40,026 bases of DNA from Bdellovibrionia bacterium. Lineage in GTDB: Bacteria > Bdellovibrionota > UBA1018. Numbering within the stretch: position 1 is the stretch's first letter; each line of letters starts with the position of its first letter. The notes under the pieces are model-generated. The model did no database searches. It saw only the letters and a program-made list of their open reading frames with translations, and had not been told where the DNA came from. Below are positions 1 through 10,156 of the stretch, piece after piece. The stretch spans positions 1-40,026 of the forward strand of contig JBJMMA010000247.1 in NCBI GenBank assembly GCA_045805065.1. The letters run 5' to 3'. The translations under genes were made by a program, and so were the position numbers.

Positions 1-119
1 CCGTCACGCATCTACAGCACAAGAATGATCACTCACTGTCCATAAAACGAAGCATGAAGGCTGCGTAAACCCCTATAAATCCAGCACAAAACATCAAATT
101 CTCGCTCCTGTGTCTCTTC

Positions 120-135
120 TGGCACCGGCCTTGCC
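120..135 (+). promoter_or_regulatory. putative sigma54 (-24/-12) promoter
   Basis: TGGCACCGGCCTTGCC has exact GG-N10-GC spacing and lies 28 nt upstream of the ATG at 163. Confidence 0.6.
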
Positions 136-162
136 TTAAGAGCACTCAGGAAAGAGTTTTTT

Positions 163-1374
163 ATGAGCACCTCTATGAAACATACAAACGCGCCTTCCAA
201 AGCTTCTGGCAAAGCATCAGCAAAGGGCATTGGCCTGGGAATGCTATTCGCCTTAGGCGCTGCCCTCACCGGCTGCGGCCAACAACCCTTCATCGCTACA
301 GCCTCACAAGAGTCGCTGAGCGCGCCGGGAACTTTCACGATTCCAGCCAAGGTCGACTTCCTCCTGGTTGAGGACGATACCGGCTCGATGAACGAGATCT
401 TCCCCCAGATCTCAAGCGGTATCCCAGGCGTTCTCTCTGCTCTTGAGAACAATGGCTGGGACTATCACTTTGCGACGATTCCTTTGACCACCTACCGGTC
501 CCTGAGCCAGGTCACGGCCTCGCATTACGACGGTAACTGGGGCGCAAGCTGGAAGCCTGCGTTTCCTGGCGCCGCTCAATGGGGACCTCAAACGGTCCTC
601 TCAAGCGTCTTCCGGGATACAAGTCACTATTCGGACTTCCTGAGCTACAACTCCTTTGTGAATGGCAACAACGGGCTTGAACCCGGTTTGCAAAATATTC
701 TCTATTCTTTAAATAGAATACAGTCAGATGGAACGAACTTCCTTCGTGACGATGCCATGCTGGTTGTTCTGGTCGTTGGAAACGGCGATGACACCTCGGG
801 CGTCAGTTACTGCACGCGAAGCGACGGCATCACCGTACAATGCGGAAGCACCGTCTCCATTGATGATTTCAAGAACGGGTTCAATAGCCTGAAGGCATCC
901 AGCTCACTCATCCGCTTTTATGCAGCAGTCTCCAGCATCAAGGTCAGCAATCAAACCTGCCAGGGCTCAAATGCTTACATCGGCTCACGCTATCAGCAGA
1001 TGGCTGCCGCGTTGAATGGCAAGTCCTACAATATCTGCGCAGGACCAAGCGCAATCTCCTCAGCACTGGGCTCACTGGCCAGCGATCTGACGAGCACTCG
1101 CCTTGCGCTCCAAACGCGTTATCTCCAAGTCTCGCAGGAGCCCGACACTTCATCGATCGTCGTCACTCGGAACGACGGCGTCGTGATTCCACAAAGCGCG
1201 ACGAACGGATGGACCTACGCAGGTTATGTCAACAATGCCTATGCGATCGACTATCCGGTTCCGATGAACCAGTTCAGCGGCTATGCAGTCGAGCTTCACG
1301 GCTCTTACAAGCTGACGGGCGATCAGAACGCAAAGGTCAGCTATACGCCTAAGGGATTACACAGCACGAATTAA
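163..1374 (+). CDS. VWA-domain-like lipoprotein
   Basis: Lipobox ALTG-C; VDFLLVEDDTGSM is a MIDAS-like DxTxS strand; FLRDDAMLVVLVV..DD segment is typical of deltaproteobacterial vWA lipoproteins. Confidence 0.7.
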   Translation: MSTSMKHTNAPSKASGKASAKGIGLGMLFALGAALTGCGQQPFIATASQESLSAPGTFTIPAKVDFLLVEDDTGSMNEIFPQISSGIPGVLSALENNGWDYHFATIPLTTYRSLSQVTASHYDGNWGASWKPAFPGAAQWGPQTVLSSVFRDTSHYSDFLSYNSFVNGNNGLEPGLQNILYSLNRIQSDGTNFLRDDAMLVVLVVGNGDDTSGVSYCTRSDGITVQCGSTVSIDDFKNGFNSLKASSSLIRFYAAVSSIKVSNQTCQGSNAYIGSRYQQMAAALNGKSYNICAGPSAISSALGSLASDLTSTRLALQTRYLQVSQEPDTSSIVVTRNDGVVIPQSATNGWTYAGYVNNAYAIDYPVPMNQFSGYAVELHGSYKLTGDQNAKVSYTPKGLHSTN

Positions 1375-1391
1375 CAAAAGGACCGGCTTAT

Positions 1392-1589
1392 ATGAAAACC
1401 TCACGTTGGATTCTCATGATTTCTGCGCTAGCGCTCTTCTCAGCGCATCAAACGCATCATTCTGGTGCGGACAGGCCAGACTATGCGCGCAATCCTGCCA
1501 TGGTTCGTCCGGATTACGCACCCGCGCAGAAGGCTTCGAAGAACAAGAAAAAGACAAAGGCCCAGGGCTTTGTTGAAGCAAAGCTCTGA
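1392..1589 (+). CDS. small exported protein with two RPDYA repeats
   Basis: AGGA RBS upstream, N-terminal signal-like hydrophobic stretch, 17 nt after the previous stop. Confidence 0.6.
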   Translation: MKTSRWILMISALALFSAHQTHHSGADRPDYARNPAMVRPDYAPAQKASKNKKKTKAQGFVEAKL

Positions 1590-1618
1590 GCCTTTATCGA
1601 AACCAATAGCCGTCTGAA

Positions 1619-2020
1619 TTAGCGGCTGGAGCTGCCGGAGGTGGAGCCGCCGGAGCTTGATCCGCTGCCAACGCCCGAGCTCATGCCGCTCGAACCAGAA
1701 GTGCCGGTCGAGCCCCCCATCGTACCCGAAGACGATCCCGAAGAGCCTGACGTGCCGCCCATAGAGCTCGAGGTGTCACTTGGGCCAGAGGTCGACATCG
1801 TGCCTGGGCGGGAAGTTGCCATCGTGCCAGGCTGACTCATGTCAGAGGTGCTTCCAGAAGAGCTTCCTGACATCCCGCTCGAAGAGCCACTGGAGCCCGA
1901 AGACATACCCGATCCGGATCCTGTGCTGCTAGTGCCACTTCCGCTTTGAGCGAAAGAGGAAGCTGCAGCAAGAGCGAAAGCAAGAGCACAACCAACAGAG
2001 AGAATTTGTACCTTCTTCAT
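1619..2020 (-). CDS. secreted Ser/Gly-rich low-complexity protein
   Basis: AAAGGA RBS, MKK-hydrophobic-SFA signal peptide, mature chain almost only S/G/T/M. Confidence 0.8.
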   Translation of the reverse strand: MKKVQILSVGCALAFALAAASSFAQSGSGTSSTGSGSGMSSGSSGSSSGMSGSSSGSTSDMSQPGTMATSRPGTMSTSGPSDTSSSMGGTSGSSGSSSGTMGGSTGTSGSSGMSSGVGSGSSSGGSTSGSSSR

Positions 2021-2094
2021 AAAATGCGTCCTTTCTAAATTAACGTCTAATTTGATGAGTCGCGTGAATTAATTTTGTATTCCCTGTGCCTTTG

Positions 2095-2110
2095 TGCAAT
2101 CGATGTTCCG
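2095..2110 (-). promoter_or_regulatory. putative sigma54 promoter
   Basis: Minus strand CGGAACATCGATTGCA, GG-N10-GC, about 75 nt upstream of the 2020 start. Confidence 0.45.
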
Positions 2111-2150
2111 ATTTCCAGAAAGCCGCCTTGCGCATAAACTAACTCAAGAT

Positions 2151-2196
2151 AAAAAAAGCCCTGGCAAAACTAATTGCCAGGGCTTTTCTTTTTTTT
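2151..2196. terminator. bidirectional Rho-independent terminator (ends the thiolase-scoA-scoB transcript)
   Basis: AAAAGCCCTGGCAA...TTGCCAGGGCTTTT stem flanked by an A-tract and a T-tract. Confidence 0.85.
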
Positions 2197-2224
2197 AAAA
2201 AAATTTTACTTGCGCAGTAAATTC

Positions 2225-2881
2225 CTAAAAGCTCATCTCAGGAACATCGCCTGGGATCATCAGCTTTGCCGCGGTGGACTTGCGAATCTCCTCAGCGCTT
2301 ACGCCAGGAGCGCGCTCACGAAGAACAAGCCCTTCCGGAGTCACGTCAATGACCGCAAGCTCGGAGACAATTTTCTTCACGACGCCCACTCCCGTCAGAG
2401 GCAGCGTGCATTCAGGAAGAATCTTGCTTGAGCCATCCTTTGCGACATGTTGCATCGCTACAATCACGTTTCGAGCTCCCGCGACAAGATCCATCGCGCC
2501 GCCCATTCCCTTAACCATTTTTCCTGGAATCATCCAGTTTGCGATATCGCCCTTTTCGCTGACTTCCATCGCTCCCAGAACGGTGAGATCGACGTGTCCG
2601 CCGCGAATCATCGCGAACGAATCCGCGCTTGAGAAGATCGCAGATCCTGGGATCGTGGTCACAGTTTCCTTGCCTGCGTTAATCAGGTCAGCGTCGACTT
2701 CTGCCTCGGTTGGGAATGGTCCCAAGCCCAAAAGGCCGTTTTCGCTTTGCAGGACAACAGTCATCCCTTGAGGGATGTAATTTGCGACAAGAGTCGGAAT
2801 CCCGATGCCGAGATTGACATAATAACCGTCTTTGAGCTCGCGTGCGATACGCTGAGCAATCTGTTCACGTGTCAGTGCCAT
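2225..2881 (-). CDS. scoB: 3-oxoacid CoA-transferase subunit B
   Basis: VNLGIGIP, catalytic [13 protein letters not shown] motifs. Confidence 0.93.
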   Translation of the reverse strand: MALTREQIAQRIARELKDGYYVNLGIGIPTLVANYIPQGMTVVLQSENGLLGLGPFPTEAEVDADLINAGKETVTTIPGSAIFSSADSFAMIRGGHVDLTVLGAMEVSEKGDIANWMIPGKMVKGMGGAMDLVAGARNVIVAMQHVAKDGSSKILPECTLPLTGVGVVKKIVSELAVIDVTPEGLVLRERAPGVSAEEIRKSTAAKLMIPGDVPEMSF

Positions 2882-2895
2882 GAAATCTTTCTCCC

Positions 2896-3591
2896 TTATC
2901 CCTTACGGACAGTGCGCTTTTCGATGCGCTTCTCGTAGCCGCGTCCCTGGAAAATACGCTTCACGTAAATACCAGGTAGATGAACTTGGTCTGGATCGAT
3001 TGCACCGACTGGAACCAGTTCTTCAACTTCCGCGATACAGATCTTGCCAGCAGTCGCGACCATCGGGTTGAAGTTGCGAGCCGTGCGGCGGAAAACCAAA
3101 TTTCCCATCGCATCGCCCTTCCAGGCCTTCACGATCGAGAAATCAGCTTTCAGAGCGCGCTCAAGAACATAGGTGCGACCATCAAATTCCTTGGTCTCCT
3201 TGCCCTTGGCGACGAGAGTACCAACGCCCGTCGGGGTATAGAAAGCCGGGATGCCAGCACCACCGGCGCGAAGCTTTTCTGCCAGCGTGCCCTGTGGAGT
3301 GAGCTCAATTTCAAGCTCTCCGGAGAGAACGAGCTGTTCGAACAATTTATTCTCGCCCACGTAGCTTGAGATCATCTTCTTGACCTGACGCTTTTGAAGC
3401 ATCAGACCGATTCCGAACTCATCTACACCTGCGTTGTTAGAAATACAGGTCAGATTCTTAATGCCACGCTCAACAAGCGCAGCGATGCTGTTCTCAGGAA
3501 TTCCGCAAAGACCAAATCCACCGAGCGCAAGCGTGGCTCCGTCTGGAATGTCCTTTACGGCTTCCATCGCATTTTCGACAACCTTTTTCAT
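2896..3591 (-). CDS. scoA: 3-oxoacid CoA-transferase subunit A
   Basis: [26 protein letters not shown]; start moved to MKKVV (3591), which follows a GAAGGA RBS. Confidence 0.93.
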   Translation of the reverse strand: MKKVVENAMEAVKDIPDGATLALGGFGLCGIPENSIAALVERGIKNLTCISNNAGVDEFGIGLMLQKRQVKKMISSYVGENKLFEQLVLSGELEIELTPQGTLAEKLRAGGAGIPAFYTPTGVGTLVAKGKETKEFDGRTYVLERALKADFSIVKAWKGDAMGNLVFRRTARNFNPMVATAGKICIAEVEELVPVGAIDPDQVHLPGIYVKRIFQGRGYEKRIEKRTVRKG

Positions 3592-3692
3592 TACACTTTT
3601 TCCTTCGGAAAAACCGTCCGAATTCCCTTGAGCCGCGACGCGGCTCAATTCCTCTCGGACGCGCTTCTAAAATAAATCAGCGATTTAAGAGC

Positions 3693-4889
3693 TTAGAGCA
3701 TCTCGACACAAAGTGCCGTGCCTTCACCGCCACCGATGCAGATACCCGCCACGCCGCGCTTCAGGTTCTTTTCCTTCATTGCGGAAATCAGCGTGATCAC
3801 GATACGTGCGCCGGATGCGCCGATTGGGTGGCCAAGCGAAATACCGCCGCCACGGACGTTGATGCGATCCATTGGGATCTCAAGCTCGCGTTGCGCAGCC
3901 AGGGCGACAACAGCGAATGCTTCATTCACTTCCCAGAGATCGACTTGCTTTGCGTCCCAGCCAGCCTTCTTCATCGCACGGCGCATCGCTTCTGCTGGAG
4001 CCGTGGTGAACCAGACTGGATCTTGTGCGTTGGTGCCGTAAGAGATGATCTTTGCGATTGGCTTGAGGCCAAGCTCGCGAACCTTCTCGCCGGACATCAG
4101 AACGAGAGCTGCAGCGCCATCGTTGATGGTCGATGCGTTAGCAGCGGTGACCGTTCCAGCCTTATCGAAAACTGGCTTCAAGGTTGGGATCTTGTCGAAT
4201 TGGACCTTTGCTGGACCTTCGTCGGTGTCGAACTGAGTGACATCACCCTTCTTGCCTTGGATAGCGACAGGGGTGATTTCGTCTGCGAACTTTCCGCTCT
4301 TCTGAGCTTCTTGCGCGCGGCGGAAGCTTTCAATCGCGAAATCGTCTTGATCCTTACGGGAGAAGTTGCGCTCTTTTGCGCAAAGCTCACCGCAGTTGCC
4401 CATGTGTTGGTTATTGTATGGATCCCAAAGACCATCGTGAATCATCGAGTCGATGAATTGCTGGTGGCCCATGCGGAAACCGCCACGAGCATTCGAAACC
4501 AGATAAGGAGCCTGGCTCATGTTTTCCATGCCGCCCGCAACGACAACATCGCTGTCGCCGAGCATGATGGATTGAGCGCCCAGCATGAGAGCTTTCATGC
4601 CGCTTCCGCAAACCTTGTTAATGGTGAGAGCTGGAACCGTGTTTGGGATTCCTGCGTTGATCATGGCCTGGCGAGCAGGTGCTTGGCCTTCGCCGGCGGT
4701 GAGCACGTTGCCCATGATCACTTCAGAAACCTGATTTGGCTGAACGCCAGCGCGCTTCAAAGCGCCTTCGATAGCGATCGCGCCCAGCTTTGGAGCAGGA
4801 ATGCTCGACAGAGCTCCCTGAAAACTGCCGATCGGCGTACGTGCGTAGCCGACAACGAAAACTTCTTTAGAAGAAGGCGAATTAGCCAT
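3693..4889 (-). CDS. atoB: acetyl-CoA C-acetyltransferase (thiolase)
   Basis: NKVCGSG, NEAF, GHPIGASG, CIGGG motifs. Confidence 0.92.
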   Translation of the reverse strand: MANSPSSKEVFVVGYARTPIGSFQGALSSIPAPKLGAIAIEGALKRAGVQPNQVSEVIMGNVLTAGEGQAPARQAMINAGIPNTVPALTINKVCGSGMKALMLGAQSIMLGDSDVVVAGGMENMSQAPYLVSNARGGFRMGHQQFIDSMIHDGLWDPYNNQHMGNCGELCAKERNFSRKDQDDFAIESFRRAQEAQKSGKFADEITPVAIQGKKGDVTQFDTDEGPAKVQFDKIPTLKPVFDKAGTVTAANASTINDGAAALVLMSGEKVRELGLKPIAKIISYGTNAQDPVWFTTAPAEAMRRAMKKAGWDAKQVDLWEVNEAFAVVALAAQRELEIPMDRINVRGGGISLGHPIGASGARIVITLISAMKEKNLKRGVAGICIGGGEGTALCVEML

Positions 4890-5174
4890 AATGATTGTCC
4901 TCGAATTAACTGAATTTTATCGTTCGCGTTAGTTTCGCGTTAGTTTTTTATGAATACCTACGTCTTATACCTTGCCACACCGAATGCGCACCTTAAAAAG
5001 TGAGCAGCCGACCTGTATAGTCGGAAACCAACCAGCCTGCTCGCCGGTTTTCGTCTCGCTCCGATAAATCCCGATAAATCTATGATGTGTCAAAGATGAC
5101 TCATTTTGCACCGCATTATTCGCACCTAAAATAAAGAGATAACCCAAGCTTTATTAAATAGGAGCGACGTAAAA

Positions 5175-5852
5175 ATGAACCTTTCGAAGCACGTATTGCA
5201 ATCGAGCGCCCTGGGCGCTGCGCTGATTTTAGGACTCTCCTTTCTGCCTACTTCTTTAGTCTCAAAATTTGCGCACGCAGCCGAACCGCAAACCGCTCAG
5301 GCAGAAGAAGAATACGATCGCCTGGATGGAATGGGTGCGTCTGGAAAGAAAGTGAACGTGATCGAGTGGGAAGGAAATCTCGAGGTTCATGTCTACCCTG
5401 CCGGCAGCCTCAAAGGCCTGGCTCTGACGATTGACCGGAAAACCAAAGACAAGCCTGTCATGGTGATCGGCTATCGTTTCAACGACAATCCGGGAAAACA
5501 GCTGATTCGTCGCGCGATCATTGATGGCATCAGCCTGACGGATAACTTCCGCACCTATCGTGACTCATCGGCAGGCGAATACGACAAGATCGTGATCACG
5601 AACAACAACCTCGACAAGGTCCTCACCGCATACAAGCTTGAGCCAAAACCCTCGCAGCTTTATCCGGATGGACACCCTGCTCTGGTCGCGCAAGCCTCCA
5701 AAGCGGATGACAACCGGAAACCCGCTGCTGCAGTGGCGAAAGCTGCCGCAATGAAATCCGTACAAGCCCAGGAAGATCAGGCAGAGCTTCAGGAGAGCGG
5801 AACCATTCGCCCTTTCATGTCTGAACGCGGCGGCAGCGCTCGCAATCACTAA
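5175..5852 (+). CDS. secreted hypothetical protein
   Basis: AGGAG RBS, signal peptide ending AHA, coding-like codon usage. Confidence 0.75.
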   Translation: MNLSKHVLQSSALGAALILGLSFLPTSLVSKFAHAAEPQTAQAEEEYDRLDGMGASGKKVNVIEWEGNLEVHVYPAGSLKGLALTIDRKTKDKPVMVIGYRFNDNPGKQLIRRAIIDGISLTDNFRTYRDSSAGEYDKIVITNNNLDKVLTAYKLEPKPSQLYPDGHPALVAQASKADDNRKPAAAVAKAAAMKSVQAQEDQAELQESGTIRPFMSERGGSARNH

Positions 5853-5855
5853 GTC

Positions 5856-6704
5856 CTAAAGACTACAATTGGGTCTCTGGCCAACAGTTCCAGCTTGTTG
5901 CTGGAGCTGTTTGGCTTCGTTCAGATGAGCTTGAAGGTTTTGAATGCGCTTTTGATCGGCAGGATGGTCCGATAGAAACTCGGGCGGCGCCTGACCTTGA
6001 GTGGCTTGAGCCATGTTCTGCCAAAGCGTGATCGCCTGATTAGGGTCATAGCCAGCCTCAGCCATGAGCTGAAGGCCGATCACATCTGCCTCGCTCTCCT
6101 GAGTTCGGCTGAACGGCAGCAGAACACCGACCTGCGCTCCCACACCCAGGGCCGACATAATGAGCTGATTCTGGGTCGCGCTGGTCGAGCCCCCCAAGAA
6201 GGCACCCACCAGTCCCAACCCACCTTCCGTTGCCACTTGATCCGAAACACGCTCAGCTCCATGCCGTGCGATGACATGTCCAATCTCATGTCCCACAACC
6301 GTCGCAAGCTGATCCTCGTTCTTAGCGGTCTTGAAAATCCCGGTATAGACACCAATCTCACCCCCCGGGAGCGCAAAGGCATTGATCTGATCGCTTTGCA
6401 GAACCTTGACGTTCCACTGGTTCACATCCGCCTTGCCTTTTGCTGCCGCTATGAGCGGTTGAACCACGCAGTTCACATACGCAATGGCTTTCTGATCCTG
6501 GCTTGCTGGAGTCTCCTGCAAGGCCTGCTGAAAGGCCTGAGCTCCCATCTGATTGACCTGATCTTGTGAAACCAGCATCAGTTGCTTGCGTCCCGTCGGA
6601 GAGGTTGCGCAAGCCGCGATCCCGACTGCAACCCCCAGAGCAATCAGCCCGGTGCAGCATCTACTGAAAATAAAAAAAGGAGCTTGAGGTGGTGTTTGCA
6701 TCAC
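5856..6704 (-). CDS. M48 family Zn metallopeptidase lipoprotein
   Basis: Lipobox IAA-C, NAFALPGG, HEIGH, FSRTQESEAD, FLSDHP. Confidence 0.92.
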   Translation of the reverse strand: MMQTPPQAPFFIFSRCCTGLIALGVAVGIAACATSPTGRKQLMLVSQDQVNQMGAQAFQQALQETPASQDQKAIAYVNCVVQPLIAAAKGKADVNQWNVKVLQSDQINAFALPGGEIGVYTGIFKTAKNEDQLATVVGHEIGHVIARHGAERVSDQVATEGGLGLVGAFLGGSTSATQNQLIMSALGVGAQVGVLLPFSRTQESEADVIGLQLMAEAGYDPNQAITLWQNMAQATQGQAPPEFLSDHPADQKRIQNLQAHLNEAKQLQQQAGTVGQRPNCSL

Positions 6705-6749
6705 CTCAAGCTCCTTGAAATTTTCGGGCCAATAGCGGCCAGACCCAGA

Positions 6750-7319
6750 TTAGATCGAAACGACTTCCTGAACTTCAGGAATCGCTTCGCGAAGGCGGGT
6801 TTCAATTCCCATCTTCAAGGTAGCCGTCGAACTTGGGCATCCGGCGCAAGAACCTTGGAGGTAGAGATAAACGACGCCGTTTTCGAACTTCTCGAAAGTG
6901 ATATCGCCGCCGTCCATTGCGACTGCCGGACGAATTTCATTATCGAGGATCTCGCGGATCTTGTTCTCAATCTCACCGGAAGCTCCGCTGTGCGCAGATG
7001 GAGCCGTTGCATTTCCGGTCACGACTGGCTCACCGGAATTGAGATGCTGCTCAATCGTCGTGGAGGCGCCTTTGTGGACTACGTCCCAATCGCCCTCTTC
7101 CGTCTTAGTGACGGTGACAAAATCACGGCCGATCATCACGCCAGAAATACCTGCAATCGCTAAAAGCTTCGCAGCGAGCGGCGAGCGTGCTTCAGCGTCA
7201 GCTTTTTTCGTAAAGTTTGCCGCCCCTTGAGGGAGAAGTTCACGGTTAACCGAGTACTTCAGGGTGTTCGGATTTGGGGTGAATTCCAAAGAAACGTAAA
7301 CTGGAGAGTTGTTGCTCAT
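6750..7319 (-). CDS. NifU/Nfu-type Fe-S cluster carrier (Nfu_N + NifU-C)
   Basis: TPNPNTLK N-domain, IRPAVAMDGGD, GSCAGCPSS; start moved to MSNN at 7319. Confidence 0.9.
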   Translation of the reverse strand: MSNNSPVYVSLEFTPNPNTLKYSVNRELLPQGAANFTKKADAEARSPLAAKLLAIAGISGVMIGRDFVTVTKTEEGDWDVVHKGASTTIEQHLNSGEPVVTGNATAPSAHSGASGEIENKIREILDNEIRPAVAMDGGDITFEKFENGVVYLYLQGSCAGCPSSTATLKMGIETRLREAIPEVQEVVSI

Positions 7320-7383
7320 AAATGGACATATAACACGGTGCAAATTGCTTCGAAATTCGAAAGTTTCAGTTACAATTTTCAAT

Positions 7384-8241
7384 ATGACGCTCAAGACTGC
7401 TCGCACCGTAACCGCATTTCTCTGTGTTATCATGGCCTTAAGTCTTTTCAGCCAAAATGCAATGGCCCGCTCGCGAAAGCACAAGAAGGCCAGACATGCG
7501 GTGAGCGAACCAGACGTTCCCTTTCAAGCCCAGCCCGAGGCCCCATTTGTCATCGATCGAGCAGAAGGCGCGACTCTTTATTTCAAATCCACCCAGCCAT
7601 CAAACAATGCAGGGGACGCCCCAAAGCCATTCGTTCTGGATGCGCTCTCGGATATTCAGCCCATCGGGACCCTGCGTGGCGCGTCGGGCGGAAATCCCTA
7701 TCACCTGATTCGCGCGCGTCCTTGCAAAGACTGCAAGCAAGACCCGTCTATTTTCATTGTCCAGCCCGGTAATCCGAAACTGGCCCGCTTTGTCGAGCCA
7801 GGCAAGATTCTGGACAATAAGAGCCGCGCAACCGTCATGGACTCGCGTGCTTTCTATGGCCACTGTTTAGGATCCAGGGCTGGCGATGTTTACGTCGTCT
7901 TTCAAAAGGAAAAAGTCGATCGCCGCAAGCAGCCTCAGCAAAGCGTCCTTGTCGTTGAGCCTCAGGTGGACACGATTGAGGGCGGAAAGAGTTACGACCA
8001 TCTTCACGAAACACTTCTGGAGAGAAATCTTCCGAGCATTACCCGAACTCTTCATTTCGTTAAATCTCATGTATGTAAAGAGCTGGACGGCAGGCATCGG
8101 GTCATGGCCAGCCGCCCGGCTGATCTGAACCTCAAGCGGCAAAAAGCGACCGACAATGACGATGATGAGGATTCCGAACCCCCACGCGAAAATCAGTCCG
8201 ATCGTGACTATGACGGCGCTGCGCCTCCCGCAACCGACTGA
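7384..8241 (+). CDS. secreted hypothetical protein
   Basis: Signal peptide ending AMA, CKDC plus two further Cys in the mature chain, acidic tail; start moved to 7384. Confidence 0.7.
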   Translation: MTLKTARTVTAFLCVIMALSLFSQNAMARSRKHKKARHAVSEPDVPFQAQPEAPFVIDRAEGATLYFKSTQPSNNAGDAPKPFVLDALSDIQPIGTLRGASGGNPYHLIRARPCKDCKQDPSIFIVQPGNPKLARFVEPGKILDNKSRATVMDSRAFYGHCLGSRAGDVYVVFQKEKVDRRKQPQQSVLVVEPQVDTIEGGKSYDHLHETLLERNLPSITRTLHFVKSHVCKELDGRHRVMASRPADLNLKRQKATDNDDDEDSEPPRENQSDRDYDGAAPPATD

Positions 8242-8303
8242 CGCTTTGCGATCGCCGCTTAGCGTATTGCAGACGGCCCCGCGTTAAATGTAAGTTGGGC
8301 TCG

Positions 8304-8813
8304 ATGAAAGCCCAGCAATCCTCAGACGAAACTTCAATGAGTCTCAACACGGACGCGATCGAAGCGTCGGGTTTCTTTGATCCGCGCTACACCTGCGATC
8401 TAGATAACTCATCACCCGAGCTTCGCTGGGACAACCCGCCTCCCGGAACGGCCGGATTTGCGTTGGTCGTTGAAGACCCCGATGCGCCTCATGGGCTCTT
8501 CACTCACTGGGTGGTCTACCAAATCCCTGCAAGCATCCATCATCTGCCCGCAGGAGTGCCAGCCCAGGAAACTCTTCCCAATGGCATCAAACAAGGCATC
8601 AACAGCTTCGGAAAATTGGGCTACGGAGGCCCTTGCCCGCCGATTGGCCACGGCGTTCATCGCTATATTTTCCGTCTTTACGCTTTGAAAGCTCTGCCTG
8701 AGATCCCAAGCCGCATTTCGCGCGATCAACTGTTAGCCGCGATCGAGCCACATGTGATCACCACCGTGGAGCTCACCGGGCGCTATCAGCGCCTCTTTCA
8801 AAAAGCGGGATAA
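8304..8813 (+). CDS. YbhB/YbcL (PEBP/Raf kinase inhibitor-like) protein
   Basis: SPELRW, DPDAP, FTHW, GYGGPCPP, HRYIFRLYAL; exact start uncertain (8304 or 8337). Confidence 0.92.
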   Translation: MKAQQSSDETSMSLNTDAIEASGFFDPRYTCDLDNSSPELRWDNPPPGTAGFALVVEDPDAPHGLFTHWVVYQIPASIHHLPAGVPAQETLPNGIKQGINSFGKLGYGGPCPPIGHGVHRYIFRLYALKALPEIPSRISRDQLLAAIEPHVITTVELTGRYQRLFQKAG

Positions 8814-8920
8814 GCACGAACCTCAAAACGCATGCAGTCACGCGCTGAAGCCACAGGATATTTATATCTTGTGTATTTACATACACCTGCGCTCTGAGTC
8901 TGACCGCATGGCGGACGGCG

Positions 8921-8936
8921 TGGCACCCCGGTTGCA
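8921..8936 (+). promoter_or_regulatory. putative sigma54 promoter
   Basis: TGGCACCCCGGTTGCA, near-consensus, 54 nt upstream of the 8990 ATG. Confidence 0.7.
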
Positions 8937-8989
8937 ACCCCATAGCCAAAGCGAATTGACTCAACCCTTCTTTATAAGGAGACACAATC

Positions 8990-9535
8990 ATGAAAAAGAT
9001 TCTTGCGCTCGCCTCTGTGAGCATGTCCTTGGCTTTCGCAGTTGCTCTTGCAAACGCTCAAGACAATTCCACATCATCCTCGACAGACACTAGCAACTCT
9101 TCCGGCATGACCCAGCAACCTGGAACTATGGGTTCCACCGGTTCTTCTGACAGCTCCATGGACAACTCCCAAGCTGGAACCCAAGGCACCATGAGCAATC
9201 AGGGCTCCATGAGTAATCAGGGCTCCATGAGCACCCCATCGATGAGCGATCAAAGCCAGCCTGGCACCAGCAGCAGCACCACCACGACCAAGGAAGAGCA
9301 CATGAAGTCGATGAAGTCCTGCACCGACGCCAACGGCAAGACCTATCACAAGCATGACAAGGGCTTCTCGACCTGCATGAAGAGCATGAAGAAGAATGAA
9401 ATGGGCGGCACTACCTCGAACCCAAGCTCCTCTTCTTCCATGGGCAGCAGCTCTTCCGATACGAGCAACTCCGGCATGAGCAGCTCCGGCAGCAGCTCGA
9501 CCGGTTCTTCTGACACCAGCTCCTCGAGCCAGTAA
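8990..9535 (+). CDS. secreted Ser/Met-rich low-complexity protein with a small Cys-pair motif
   Basis: TAAGGAG RBS, signal peptide ending ANA, tandem MSNQGS repeats, CTDANGKTYHKHDKGFSTC insert. Confidence 0.85.
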   Translation: MKKILALASVSMSLAFAVALANAQDNSTSSSTDTSNSSGMTQQPGTMGSTGSSDSSMDNSQAGTQGTMSNQGSMSNQGSMSTPSMSDQSQPGTSSSTTTTKEEHMKSMKSCTDANGKTYHKHDKGFSTCMKSMKKNEMGGTTSNPSSSSSMGSSSSDTSNSGMSSSGSSSTGSSDTSSSSQ

Positions 9536-9574
9536 TTCCTAATCGATTACTGACCCGGTTTTTGATTTAAAACT

Positions 9575-9608
9575 CCGGCGTGGGAACCATTCCCACGCCG
9601 GTTGTTTT
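9575..9608 (+). terminator. Rho-independent terminator
   Basis: Perfect 12-bp stem CCGGCGTGGGAA-CCA-TTCCCACGCCGG followed by TTGTTTT. Confidence 0.75.
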
Positions 9609-9625
9609 ATGTTATACGCCATGTC

Positions 9626-10156
9626 ATGGCAAAAAAGTCGAAGTCCCCTCGCAGCACATCCAAACCCATGTCTTCTGCTCAGATTGCACCTAACAAAATG
9701 GACGATATGGCCGACGACAACATTACTCTGACCAATCTCAGACCCGATGGCGCCCGCATGATCCGCGAGGCTCGCCTGATGCGCTTTCCGAACCGCACCA
9801 AGGTTCGCCGTTATACGGTTGAGTTCACTTGCCCTGAATTCACTTGCGTCTGCCCGGCGTCAGGATTCCCTGATTTTGCGACCATCGTCATCAAGTACGT
9901 ACCTCGTGACTATTGCGTCGAGCTGAAGAGCCTCAAGCTCTACATCAATCAGTTCCGCGACCGTGGCATCTTCCATGAGGACGTTTCAAATCTCATCCTC
10001 GATGATCTGGTCAATCTTCTTGACCCATGGGAAATGGAAGTCGTCGGCGACTTCAGCGTTCGCGGAAACATCAAGACCGTGATTCGCGCCAAGCACGTTC
10101 GCCATGACAGCGAAAAAGAGCTGGCGAAGGACCTCAAACGTCAAGCTAAGCGCTAA
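9626..10156 (+). CDS. queF: NADPH-dependent preQ0 reductase (short type I QueF)
   Basis: [29 protein letters not shown] motifs; start uncertain. Confidence 0.92.
   Translation: MAKKSKSPRSTSKPMSSAQIAPNKMDDMADDNITLTNLRPDGARMIREARLMRFPNRTKVRRYTVEFTCPEFTCVCPASGFPDFATIVIKYVPRDYCVELKSLKLYINQFRDRGIFHEDVSNLILDDLVNLLDPWEMEVVGDFSVRGNIKTVIRAKHVRHDSEKELAKDLKRQAKR

Noticed and set aside
3828..4913. 361-aa plus-strand ORF
   Set aside because: Antisense shadow of the thiolase
9536..9625. preQ1 riboswitch upstream of queF
   Set aside because: No recognisable aptamer or A-rich pseudoknot tail; the hairpin is explained as the upstream gene's terminator
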